In this document: piece by piece, positions 28,426 to 36,127 of the stretch
Layout: every line of letters begins with the position of its first letter
Numbering within the stretch: position 1 is the first letter of the stretch
Virus record (IMG/VR): IMGVR_UViG_3300018073_000009
Location: 1-43,056 of that record
Origin: a virus
Taxonomy: Duplodnaviria > Caudoviricetes
Strand: one strand, 5' to 3'
Length of the DNA stretch: 43,056 nt
The notes under the pieces: model-generated
Databases searched by the model: none
What the model saw: only the letters and a program-made list of their open reading frames with translations
What the model was told of the DNA's origin: nothing
Made by a program: the position numbers and the translations under genes

Positions 28426-28481
28426 GGGGGAACTTTGCACCGCGGCGCGCGGGGCGCAAGACCGGAATTTTGGACTGGCTT

Positions 28482-28760
28482 TCACGTGCGGCTTAGTCGG
28501 CCGATTTCGTCGTTAGCCTCGGCCACCGTCGCATCTCTTTCCCGCATTAGGTTTGCGATGAAGTGGTTCAGGTGCTTGATCTCTCCGCGCAGCCGCTCGA
28601 TCTCGTCGGCGGCCTCGTTGGCCTCCTCCCGTTCCCTAAGCCGCTCGATCTCGGCCGCCGCCTCCTTTGCCGCCTCGATTAGCTCGCTGGTCTGCGGCGC
28701 GATGGCGGCACTCTCCAGCACGATGGCGGCACGCAGCCGGATCAGGACGTCGATCATCAT
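28482..28760 (-). CDS. Small coiled-coil early protein with duplicated EAAxEIERLR motif
   Basis: ATGA overlap with the MTase stop. Confidence 0.7.
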   Translation of the reverse strand: MMIDVLIRLRAAIVLESAAIAPQTSELIEAAKEAAAEIERLREREEANEAADEIERLRGEIKHLNHFIANLMRERDATVAEANDEIGRLSRT

Positions 28761-29755
28761 TGCCTCATGCTGCTCATGATTGCTCGCCCGATGATTTCCG
28801 GGATTTGCGGGACGACGGCATTCCCGAGGGACCGCAGTCGGTCCACCCGAGCGGGAACCCCATGAGCCACTCGACCCACGTCGGGTTCAGTGCGCCACCA
28901 GCGGCGGTCGCTAGGCCGTCGCCAGCTTTCGCGCTCGAGCCCTTGCGATTGTAATTTCCGCTGACCGATGGAGTCGGCCACTGGTGGACTACTCTGCCGA
29001 GTAGTCCATTCGCTGGAACATTCGCGCAGGCTTTTGCGGAGCCATCCTTCCAGTCTCGGCTGGTCGGTGTCGGCCAGTGCTTCACCCAGCGATCCAAGCT
29101 CACGCTCTTGTTCGTCTCGAAGTTCAGTACCTCGGTGCTTGTGCTCGTCCGCTCGATGTGGTCGCTCGCAGTCGGCGTCGGAATGCTGTGGGTGGGCGAT
29201 GATCCAAACCCGGTCCCGTAGGTGTGGGGCGCCAACGTCGGCAGCGCGTATGCAGTGCCACTCTGCATCGTACCCGAGCGCGGCCAGGTCTCCGAGAACA
29301 ACGTCCAACCCTCGACCAAGCAACGCTGCGACGTTCTCCACGATGACGTAGCGCGGTCGAACCTCGCCAATAATTCGGGCGTACTCGGACCATAGTCCCG
29401 AGCGAGCGCCGCCAATGCCTGCGCCCTTTCCGGCGACCGATATGTCCTGGCAGGGGAACCCGCCGCAGATGAGATCAATCCCTTGCGAGCCATTGCATCC
29501 AGGCTGTGCCGGATCGGCCCCACTCGCCCCATGCCGCCGCCCTGATTGCTCCCGTAACTGACTGCCGATGGCGTCGGCAATAATTTGGCCGGTAAGGGTT
29601 CGGATGTCTCCCCAAACAGGGACAGTTGGCCAGTGCTTGGCGAGGACGCGGCGGCAGTAGGGATCGATCTCGCAGAAGGCGACGGTTCGCATTCCGGCTC
29701 GCTCGAGCCCGAGGCTAAACCCGCCGATTCCGCTGAAGAGATCGAGCACATTCAT
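28757..29755 (-). CDS. DNA cytosine-5 methyltransferase, alpha polypeptide
   Basis: Motifs I LDLFSGIGG, IV GFPCQ, VI ENV, VIII HLRDRVWI, X LGNAVV; motif IX absent from this frame. Confidence 0.93.
   Translation of the reverse strand: MNVLDLFSGIGGFSLGLERAGMRTVAFCEIDPYCRRVLAKHWPTVPVWGDIRTLTGQIIADAIGSQLREQSGRRHGASGADPAQPGCNGSQGIDLICGGFPCQDISVAGKGAGIGGARSGLWSEYARIIGEVRPRYVIVENVAALLGRGLDVVLGDLAALGYDAEWHCIRAADVGAPHLRDRVWIIAHPQHSDADCERPHRADEHKHRGTELRDEQERELGSLGEALADTDQPRLEGWLRKSLRECSSEWTTRQSSPPVADSIGQRKLQSQGLERESWRRPSDRRWWRTEPDVGRVAHGVPARVDRLRSLGNAVVPQIPEIIGRAIMSSMRQ
28774..29751 (-). CDS. Alternative-frame (beta) polypeptide of the C5 MTase carrying motif IX
   Basis: Stop-free 325-codon ORF nested in the alpha ORF; four (W/L/I)PTP repeats; LNPTWVEWLMGFPLGWT. 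Confidence 0.7.
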   Translation of the reverse strand: MCSISSAESAGLASGSSEPECEPSPSARSIPTAAASSPSTGQLSLFGETSEPLPAKLLPTPSAVSYGSNQGGGMGRVGPIRHSLDAMARKGLISSAAGSPARTYRSPERAQALAALARDYGPSTPELLARFDRATSSWRTSQRCLVEGWTLFSETWPRSGTMQSGTAYALPTLAPHTYGTGFGSSPTHSIPTPTASDHIERTSTSTEVLNFETNKSVSLDRWVKHWPTPTSRDWKDGSAKACANVPANGLLGRVVHQWPTPSVSGNYNRKGSSAKAGDGLATAAGGALNPTWVEWLMGFPLGWTDCGPSGMPSSRKSRKSSGEQS

Positions 29756-31503
29756 CAGGCCGCCATTCGATAGCGGCCGAGCGTGTAGATCCGCCCGCGG
29801 AGATCGGGGTTTGCTTCAGCCAAATCAGGGTTCGGTGATTTGGCGATAATAGACCTCGTTTTTCCGCCGTTTTCTCTAATGATTTCAGGCACCGAGCGGC
29901 TCGCCGGGAACAGGTCGGCGCCCATGAGGGCCTCCATCCGGTGATACGGGGTGAACTGATACGGGGCGCGTTCCTCGGTCTTATGCACCACGATCGAGTC
30001 AATCAGGGTGCGGAATGCCTGGCGGGCCTCGGCGTCATCGCGGTTGGCTTCTAGGGCGGCGTGCAGCTTATCCATGCTGGCACAGTACGCGGTCATGGCG
30101 GTCGGGTGCAGATCCACGACGTTCGTTTGTCCGTCGAGCAGGCGCACCCGCTCGGCCACACCGACGCGCTCGGTTTCTAGAGCCTGCAGGCGATCCATGA
30201 TCTGTTTCTCGGGCATGGAACCTCGCTCAAGGGCCGACACAAACCTGGTGGTTGAGGCCTCGATCTCCACCAACCGGCGTTTCAGGGCGGTGTGCTCGGT
30301 TAGGCAATGCTTGCGTTGCTTTGCCCATTCCAAGTGGAACGCCTTGAGGGACTCCTTGAGCAGCTCGGGTTCCGCGAGCCTGACGCGCATGCATTCCAGT
30401 ATCCCGCGCTCGAGCGTCTCCAGATTGTAGGTCTTGGTATGCTCACAGGTTGATCGATCCTTGGCACCGGCACAGGCGACGCGCGTGCCCTTGGTGGCTG
30501 ACGTCGCATAGATCCGCATGGCGCCACCGCAATCGCCGCAGCGCAGCAACCCGGCCAGCAAGTGCTCTTTGCGGGCGATGACAGGCGCGCGCACTGGTTT
30601 GCCGCCGGGCCCAAATTTCTGGATGGCGCGCTGACTGCGGACGGCGTTCGCGGCATCCCACAGTTTCTGCGGCACGATCCGAAGGTGCGGCACGGCGACC
30701 ACCATATGGTCCTCAGCCGGCGTTGCGCGGCGCACCTTGGACTCGGTTTCGGGATTGGTCGAGACGCGCGTCCGGTTCCATCGTATCTCACCGACATAGA
30801 GCCGATTGCCAATCATGCCTTGGCGCAGTCGGCCGCCGGTCAGACATTGGTTAGACCAGGCCGGCGAGCCGCTCGGCGATGTGATGCCCTCGCGGGTTAA
30901 ATCGCCGGCGATCTTGCGCGGTGATTTGCCGGCGGCGTATTCGCGGAAGATGCGCAGCACGATCGCCGCCTGCTCGGGATCGATCTCGCGCTCGCCCGGC
31001 TTGCCGGGAATGCATCGGTATCCATAGACGCGCGCGCCCGGAAACTTGCCTTCCCGCACGCGGCCGGTCGCGCCGCGGCGACACTTGTCAGCCAGGTCGG
31101 CGATAAACATCGACCCGACCATGCTTCGGATGCCGACGTGGATATGAGTTGCCTCACCCTCGTTGACCGTTTCGATTGAGACCTTGGAAAACAAAAGCCG
31201 TTTGTGCAGGGCGGGAAGATCGGCCCGGTCGCGCGAGAGACGGTCCAGGCTTTCCATTACGACCGTGTCAAACTCACCGCGTTTGGCGGCTTGCATCATT
31301 TCGTACAGACCATCGCGGCCACTCATTGTTGTGCCGCTCTTACCGTGGTCCGTAAACTCGGCAATAACCTCAAGATCCTTTCGGGCTGCGTGGACGCGGC
31401 AGAGTGCGAGCTGATCGTCGATGCTTCGTTTTTTCTGCAAGTCCTCGTTGGAGAACCTTGCGTAGATCACCGCCCTCTTTTTCGTCGACATGAACAACCC
31501 CAT
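29755..31503 (-). CDS. int: Large serine recombinase (integrase); start may be 31491
   Basis: YARFS catalytic Ser, SLDRLSR, recombinase domain (YGY...EQAAIVLRIF), zinc ribbon CGDCG, coiled coil. Confidence 0.95.
   Translation of the reverse strand: MGLFMSTKKRAVIYARFSNEDLQKKRSIDDQLALCRVHAARKDLEVIAEFTDHGKSGTTMSGRDGLYEMMQAAKRGEFDTVVMESLDRLSRDRADLPALHKRLLFSKVSIETVNEGEATHIHVGIRSMVGSMFIADLADKCRRGATGRVREGKFPGARVYGYRCIPGKPGEREIDPEQAAIVLRIFREYAAGKSPRKIAGDLTREGITSPSGSPAWSNQCLTGGRLRQGMIGNRLYVGEIRWNRTRVSTNPETESKVRRATPAEDHMVVAVPHLRIVPQKLWDAANAVRSQRAIQKFGPGGKPVRAPVIARKEHLLAGLLRCGDCGGAMRIYATSATKGTRVACAGAKDRSTCEHTKTYNLETLERGILECMRVRLAEPELLKESLKAFHLEWAKQRKHCLTEHTALKRRLVEIEASTTRFVSALERGSMPEKQIMDRLQALETERVGVAERVRLLDGQTNVVDLHPTAMTAYCASMDKLHAALEANRDDAEARQAFRTLIDSIVVHKTEERAPYQFTPYHRMEALMGADLFPASRSVPEIIRENGGKTRSIIAKSPNPDLAEANPDLRGRIYTLGRYRMAA
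29806..29857. other. Candidate attP site inside the integrase 3' end
   Basis: 52 bp imperfect inverted repeat GGGGTTTgcttcaGCCAAATCA-gggTTcgg-TGATTTGGCgataatAGACCTC centred on TT (29831-29832). Confidence 0.6.
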
Positions 31504-31591
31504 AAGTCCGCCGAAATAGATCCCGTGCCGCCGCCCGCCCGATGGCTCTTGCCAGTTCTAGCCAAGCCTCGGATTCGGACTCACGCGACAT
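31370..31591 (-). CDS. Small basic protein overlapping the integrase start (possible directionality factor)
   Basis: MSRESESEAWLELARAIGRAAARDLF; different frame from the integrase. Confidence 0.4.
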   Translation of the reverse strand: MSRESESEAWLELARAIGRAAARDLFRRTYGVVHVDEKEGGDLRKVLQRGLAEKTKHRRSARTLPRPRSPKGS

Positions 31592-31607
31592 TGCTATAGT
31601 TCCGGCG

Positions 31608-31624
31608 GTTAAGGAAGCGTTAAC
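31608..31624. promoter_or_regulatory. CtrA-binding box upstream of the integrase
   Basis: GTTAA-GGAAGCG-TTAAC matches TTAA-N7-TTAAC on both strands; ACTATAGC -10-like element follows on the minus strand. Confidence 0.65.
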
Positions 31625-31627
31625 CAA

Positions 31628-31642
31628 TTGACGCAGCGTCCA
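31628..31642. promoter_or_regulatory. Operator-like site, degenerate copy
   Basis: TTGAC-GCAGC-GTCCA, one mismatch to TTGAC-N5-GTCAA. Confidence 0.45.
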
Positions 31643-31652
31643 TTTCGACGGT

Positions 31653-31877
31653 TCATTGTTCGTTTTTGCCGCGTTTGTGGGATGACAACGCGGCCCGCCG
31701 GGCCTCGTCTGGCGGCGGTTCGGGTGGCAACCCGGCCAGAATGTCCATCTCTCTCAGGATGAACGCTCGCTCCAAGTCGCCCGTGCAAACTCCCCATCCC
31801 TCAGTGCGCCAAATGCGATCCGAGATCAGACGCACCTTGGTTCGGATGTTGTGAACTCTCTGCTCCGCGTTGATCAT
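31653..31877 (-). CDS. Hypothetical early protein
   Basis: ATGA-coupled 74 aa ORF. Confidence 0.55.
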   Translation of the reverse strand: MINAEQRVHNIRTKVRLISDRIWRTEGWGVCTGDLERAFILREMDILAGLPPEPPPDEARRAALSSHKRGKNEQ

Positions 31878-32059
31878 TCTGTCTCACCGCCTTTATTCGT
31901 GCAAAGCGCGGCGCTGCGTCGGTACTCACCGCGAGTCCGTATTCTCTCGCGCTCGCTCCGGGCGGCAGACTCATTGCATTCGAGGCGCCCACAGGTGATG
32001 TGTCCATCAAGCGCAAAGTCGTCGCACTTAGGACAGCGGGGCCAGTTTGCCGGGTACAT
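31874..32059 (-). CDS. Small Cys/His (zinc-binding-like) early protein
   Basis: CPKC...HITCGRLEC; AGGGGAG SD. Confidence 0.65.
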   Translation of the reverse strand: MYPANWPRCPKCDDFALDGHITCGRLECNESAARSERERIRTRGEYRRSAALCTNKGGETE

Positions 32060-32062
32060 GAT

Positions 32063-32275
32063 TTACTCCCCTGCCTCACCGCGTTTAGATGTGGACAGCG
32101 CGGCGCGACCCTTGTCTGTGATCTGGTGGACGAAGCCGTTGCCGGGTTGTTTGACGCAGTAGCCGTGGCCGGTGAGCCATTCGAGGCTTGCGCCAACCGC
32201 AGCGCCCCACGGCAGATCATCGTTCTCGCCCGCGAGCATGCTCAGCACTTCAATATCAACGGCATGGAGTTTCAC
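32063..32275 (-). CDS. Small winged-helix-like hypothetical protein
   Basis: LEWLTGHGY...ITDKGRAAL; GGGAG SD. Confidence 0.55.
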   Translation of the reverse strand: MKLHAVDIEVLSMLAGENDDLPWGAAVGASLEWLTGHGYCVKQPGNGFVHQITDKGRAALSTSKRGEAGE

Positions 32276-32300
32276 CGCGTTGTCTCCCGTTTAATGCGGC

Positions 32301-32744
32301 TCATTGCTCCACCTCGAATAAGAGTTTCTTTTGCAGGGGATGCTTGTCCACGCGCGGCCGTGACGGGACCGACCACGACCGCCCCGGCGTCTCGCCAATC
32401 AGGCGCCAGCCCGCCCCCGTCAGCGACGTACCCGGCTCGCTGGCAAGGATGTAGGTTCCGATCCGCTTAAACCCGAGTGCAAACGCAGCCCGCGCTGATG
32501 CGCCGTACAGGAACGAGCAGGCATTCCGAGTGCCGTCAGTGCAAAGCCTAGTGACCTCTGCCGTCAGGCCGTTATCTCTGTGTCGCGAGACGGGCCGTCC
32601 AACGATGGCGACTCCGACGATCTTGTTTTCGAGTGCGGCGCCGATAGAGAACAGATGCCCGACCACTGGCCTATGGTGCCGGTGCAACTGCTCAACAAAG
32701 GCATTCGCCTCATCAAGACCGATGCGGACAACGCACATCTTCAT
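32301..32744 (-). CDS. XF1762-family, Mom-like GNAT-fold protein
   Basis: EANAFV..HRHH.PVVG..FSIG, VGVAIVGRPVSR, EVTRLCTDG..NACSFLYG, EPGTSL..AGW. Confidence 0.8.
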   Translation of the reverse strand: MKMCVVRIGLDEANAFVEQLHRHHRPVVGHLFSIGAALENKIVGVAIVGRPVSRHRDNGLTAEVTRLCTDGTRNACSFLYGASARAAFALGFKRIGTYILASEPGTSLTGAGWRLIGETPGRSWSVPSRPRVDKHPLQKKLLFEVEQ

Positions 32745-33067
32745 TCCTCACCACGCTTATGGATGTTTAAGGCGGCATCAACGAGTTGCGGGTCGTGATC
32801 CCCGATCCACAATATTGCCGCTTCCAGCCTCGCAACATCTGCGCGCAGCCGCTCGATTTCGTCAGCGGCCCAGCGACACGCCCCGGAAACATCGCCCGCC
32901 TTGCCGTCGCCAAACCTGCGCAATGCTTCTGTGTTAAACATCGCCACGCTCTCTGTGCATCCGCCTGTTGCATCGCCCGGGACCGTTGGACGGGCTAGCG
33001 TCGCGGTCCCGGGCGCGATCGCGGCCATCTCTCGGCTGGGGGCTGAGTAGCCTGACCGCAATGTCAT
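32741..33067 (-). CDS. Small early protein with WAADEIERLR motif (start uncertain)
   Basis: Coupled ORF; shares a motif with 28482-28760. Confidence 0.55.
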   Translation of the reverse strand: MTLRSGYSAPSREMAAIAPGTATLARPTVPGDATGGCTESVAMFNTEALRRFGDGKAGDVSGACRWAADEIERLRADVARLEAAILWIGDHDPQLVDAALNIHKRGEE

Positions 33068-33068
33068 C

Positions 33069-33677
33069 TCATCTCCTGCATCGCCATGTTCGGCCGTAGT
33101 TCACCCTCCTCATGTTGTGGCGCTGGCAGATGTCGAGGCGCACCGGCCTGGTACGCAGCCGCCGGGACGGCAGGGTGACGGCCGAGACCGCCCCGGCGCC
33201 GCCCACCGCCTCGTCGGCTTGGACGACGAGATAGTGGACTTCTGTGACCGTGGTTGCCGGCATGTCGGCCACGCCAGACCACCGGGCGCGAAACGTGCCC
33301 TCGTCCATTCGGCGCATCGTCACGCCTTCGGACATCACCGGCTTTGTGATCATCGGCGGTGCTGCCGGCGCTGGCCGTGACAGCCCGATGACACCGAACA
33401 CCAGCAGCGGCAGGACACCCAGCGCGACCATCATGGTGTGCCGCTTTAGCAGCCGGTAGCCGCCGTACCCGACGATCTTGTAGCCGTTCTCGGCCAGGCG
33501 GGCGTTGATCTGCCAGACGTGCGCCTTGAGCGTTGTAGGGCTGACGGGCAGGCCGAGATCGTGAATGATCGCGTCGCCGGCAATCCCATCAGGCCCGGCG
33601 CGGCGGATCGCATCGAAGATCCGCGTTTTGAGCGGCGTTAGCGGAATGCCCAGCCGATCAAAATACACGCTAGCCAT
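33069..33677 (-). CDS. Winged-HTH, transmembrane helix and Cys-containing C-terminal domain protein
   Basis: LTPLKTRIFDAI...TLKAHVWQINARL...GGYRL (OmpR-type wHTH-like); TM MMVALGVLPLLVFGVIGL; DICQRH...WRCRR. Confidence 0.6.
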   Translation of the reverse strand: MASVYFDRLGIPLTPLKTRIFDAIRRAGPDGIAGDAIIHDLGLPVSPTTLKAHVWQINARLAENGYKIVGYGGYRLLKRHTMMVALGVLPLLVFGVIGLSRPAPAAPPMITKPVMSEGVTMRRMDEGTFRARWSGVADMPATTVTEVHYLVVQADEAVGGAGAVSAVTLPSRRLRTRPVRLDICQRHNMRRVNYGRTWRCRR

Positions 33678-33927
33678 CGTCTTGCCCCGTCCACGGCAGC
33701 CGGATCAGCGGCGCCGGCTCACGTGGTGGCTTGGGCTTGTAGCTCAACACCGCTTGTCCCTCGGCGAGCGAGCGCAGGATCGCGCCAATCTCCTCCAGCC
33801 GGGAAAGCCGGAAATGCAACGCATTGTCGGTCAGCGTTCCCGCATCGACCTGGCTGTCCCACTTCTCGTGCAGATCGTCACAGAGCCGATCGAAATAACG
33901 ACTGAGATGTTCGGGATGGATCGGCAT
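33670..33927 (-). CDS. Hypothetical early protein
   Basis: 85 aa ORF coupled to its neighbours. Confidence 0.6.
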   Translation of the reverse strand: MPIHPEHLSRYFDRLCDDLHEKWDSQVDAGTLTDNALHFRLSRLEEIGAILRSLAEGQAVLSYKPKPPREPAPLIRLPWTGQDDG

Positions 33928-33937
33928 GGCGTCTACC

Positions 33938-34114
33938 CTAGTGAACTGTCTGGATTGCCTCGATCGCCGCGGCGCACTCTGCCTGGTGCAGGCGAATGTC
34001 GTGCCTCATCTCCTCGGCGGCACGATGCAGCGCGGCCTCAAAGTCCATGCCGGCGTCGATGTGGTCGCCCATGCGAGTGAACAGCTCGAGCATGATTTCC
34101 TGGCGCAGTGTCAT
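33938..34114 (-). CDS. Hypothetical 58 aa helical protein (not in ORF track)
   Basis: GGAGG SD and ATGA overlap with the ERF stop; MTLRQEIMLELF...IQTVH. Confidence 0.6.
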   Translation of the reverse strand: MTLRQEIMLELFTRMGDHIDAGMDFEAALHRAAEEMRHDIRLHQAECAAAIEAIQTVH

Positions 34115-34923
34115 GATTCCTCCGCCGCATATCGTTGCGTTTTGAGGTCGGGCACCTTGTCATTTTCCTTTTTCAGCTCGGCGACTCGCGTCTTGACCGC
34201 CGCAGCGATGCGTTCGCGTCTCTGCGAGTCGCGCCAAACGATTGTCCTTCGTAGATCGGCCTCGTTGTCCCATTGGGTTTCGAGTTCGATGTCGTCGGTC
34301 GAGTTCTCGAGCAGTTCCTTCCAGCGTCGGGCGTATTCGCCTTCCGTTTCATCGGCTGTTTTGTTGCCAGCGGCTCGGCCGTCGTCGTCGTCTGATGCGG
34401 CGAGTCCGAGCGCGGCCTTCAGTGTGTACCGTTGCAGGTACGTGATGGCTGAGCCGATCGCCTGGATGCTGTTCTTGTTGCCGCTGGCGTCGGGACCGCC
34501 GGCCAGCGTGGTTTCTTCCGAGTAGCCGTCACGGTGCGAAATGATGCAGGTCACTGCAATGTGGTCCGGCGCCAAGGACGTAGTGCGGAAGCGATAGGAC
34601 AGGCCATGATTGCCGAGCGGCTTCTTGATGCTCTTGGCTATTTCCGCCAAGTCCTCATAGCTGTATTGCGTGTGTCCCTTGGCAGACTTGAAATCCACCC
34701 GGCTGGTTTTTTTGATTTCCGGCATATCCGCCTTTGCTGCGGCGATGGCATTGTCGAATGCCTTGCGTGCCTGGTTGGCGTCCCACCGTTCCTGCAGTGC
34801 CAATAGCTTTTCCAGCACCACGACGTCGGCGCCGCTGGTGATGGCGCGATGCACCAGGTCGATAGGGACAAGCGCGTGTGCCGGTTCGGGCAGGTCGCTG
34901 ATGTGCTGCGTCTCGTCGTTCAT
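34111..34923 (-). CDS. erf: ERF-family single-strand annealing protein
   Basis: YSYEDL..I...L..HGLSY, IISHRDGYSEE, IQAIGSAITYLQRYTLKAALGL..DDDDG. Confidence 0.9.
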   Translation of the reverse strand: MNDETQHISDLPEPAHALVPIDLVHRAITSGADVVVLEKLLALQERWDANQARKAFDNAIAAAKADMPEIKKTSRVDFKSAKGHTQYSYEDLAEIAKSIKKPLGNHGLSYRFRTTSLAPDHIAVTCIISHRDGYSEETTLAGGPDASGNKNSIQAIGSAITYLQRYTLKAALGLAASDDDDGRAAGNKTADETEGEYARRWKELLENSTDDIELETQWDNEADLRRTIVWRDSQRRERIAAAVKTRVAELKKENDKVPDLKTQRYAAEES

Positions 34924-35159
34924 TGGGCTCTTTCCTCCTTGGGCGGCCAGGTAACGCCGGCGCCGTGGCGCCATTCGAATACGGTGCAGTCGCCGCCGTC
35001 GGTGATGATCACGCGCTGGATCGTGCCCAGGAGCGCCGCAGGCCGGTCGGTGAGCGCCTTTGCCGCATGCACCGCGGTGTCGGCGTCAACGAAAGACGCA
35101 TCGCGGTAGGACAGGCCGAGCTCGTCAAACCACCAGACGGAAAATTCGGTCGCGCTCAT
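34920..35159 (-). CDS. Hypothetical early protein
   Basis: ATGA-coupled on both sides; RVIITDGGDCTVFEW. Confidence 0.75.
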   Translation of the reverse strand: MSATEFSVWWFDELGLSYRDASFVDADTAVHAAKALTDRPAALLGTIQRVIITDGGDCTVFEWRHGAGVTWPPKEERAQ

Positions 35160-35680
35160 CTCGGTCGCACCGCGAGCGTGGGTTCCGCGTTGCTGAGTTC
35201 CGCGCCGCGGATCGGTACGCCCTGACTGATCAGTTCCTTGATCAACACCCTGTTTGGTTCGCGCTTGATCCGAATGCAGTCTTCCGGCAGCGCCGCCTCG
35301 TCGGTGATGATCACCTTCGGCACGCCAGCTTTGATGGTGAGCGTCGCCAGCGGCAGTTCCACCTTGCGAACCTCGGCATGGTTCATCAGCCGGAACGCGA
35401 GCGCGCGCATTGCTTCGCTGCGCTGTTCAAAGCGTTGCTGGCGTGCCTTGCCGGGAGCGGCGAGCTCTTCGACCTCGGCCGCAGCGCCTGCGGCGAGACC
35501 CTCGCTCGCTCGCATGCGGCGAACGACCGCAGCCAGAAATCTGTGGAAATCCGTTTCGCCCTCTAGCGAGTCAAGCAACAATTGCTCGTCGCCGTCCTCC
35601 CAGATTCCGGGGTGGGTGATGCGCAAATGCTCGATCTGCGTGCGGACGAATGTCGGATCGAGGCGGTCGGGCATGGTCAC
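35156..35680 (-). CDS. Siphovirus Gp157-family protein (Gam-like)
   Basis: DSLEGET coiled coil; VIITDEAALPED...IKELI..G..IRGAEL. Confidence 0.85.
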   Translation of the reverse strand: MTMPDRLDPTFVRTQIEHLRITHPGIWEDGDEQLLLDSLEGETDFHRFLAAVVRRMRASEGLAAGAAAEVEELAAPGKARQQRFEQRSEAMRALAFRLMNHAEVRKVELPLATLTIKAGVPKVIITDEAALPEDCIRIKREPNRVLIKELISQGVPIRGAELSNAEPTLAVRPR

Positions 35681-35721
35681 TCTGCCCTTTGGTAAAGTGG
35701 TTGAAGGCGCGGGCGTTCTAG

Positions 35722-35762
35722 GTTAATGTCAAGTTAATACCCCGCACTTGACATTTCGTCAA
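35722..35762 (-). promoter_or_regulatory. Early-left promoter (PL) with operator and CtrA box
   Basis: Minus strand -35 TTGACG-N17-TATTAA; operator TTGAC-ATTTC-GTCAA (35748-35762); TTAA-CTTGACA-TTAAC (35722-35737) overlaps the -10. Confidence 0.7.
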
Positions 35763-35869
35763 GTCGGTCAGCTGCTGAAGTCACAACGAAATCCTTGAAA
35801 ACACGCTGGGGCGGTGGTTTGGGCCACGACCCAAAGGGAGCTGCTAACGCAACACCAAAGGACCTGGTA

Positions 35870-36127
35870 ATGAAATCAAACCTATCACCGCGCCGGCAAC
35901 TCAAGCTGAAGCGCAAAGTCGACAAGTTCCTGCTTGGACTCACAAAAGATGTCGACGAACTGTCGTTCGCCCGCAATTGCGCGGTGCGCTATGTCGAGGA
36001 AGTTCTTCTTGCCGCTTCCTCTCAAGCCGACCGGGAGGATGCCGCCGACGCGGAGGAAGAGGTGCGCCCCGCATCTTCCAGACGCTTCAAGGTCGTCTCA
36101 GCCAGTCCGCTAGTATATCCGCAATAA
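35870..36127 (+). CDS. Hypothetical 85 aa protein convergent with and overlapping the repressor 3' end
   Basis: AAAGGA SD; basic N-terminus, acidic C-terminus. Confidence 0.5.
   Translation: MKSNLSPRRQLKLKRKVDKFLLGLTKDVDELSFARNCAVRYVEEVLLAASSQADREDAADAEEEVRPASSRRFKVVSASPLVYPQ

Noticed and set aside
31572-31582. Tandem GANTC (CcrM) sites near the integrase promoter
   Set aside because: Cannot assess significance without genome-wide counts; may simply encode Glu-Ser-Glu-Ser
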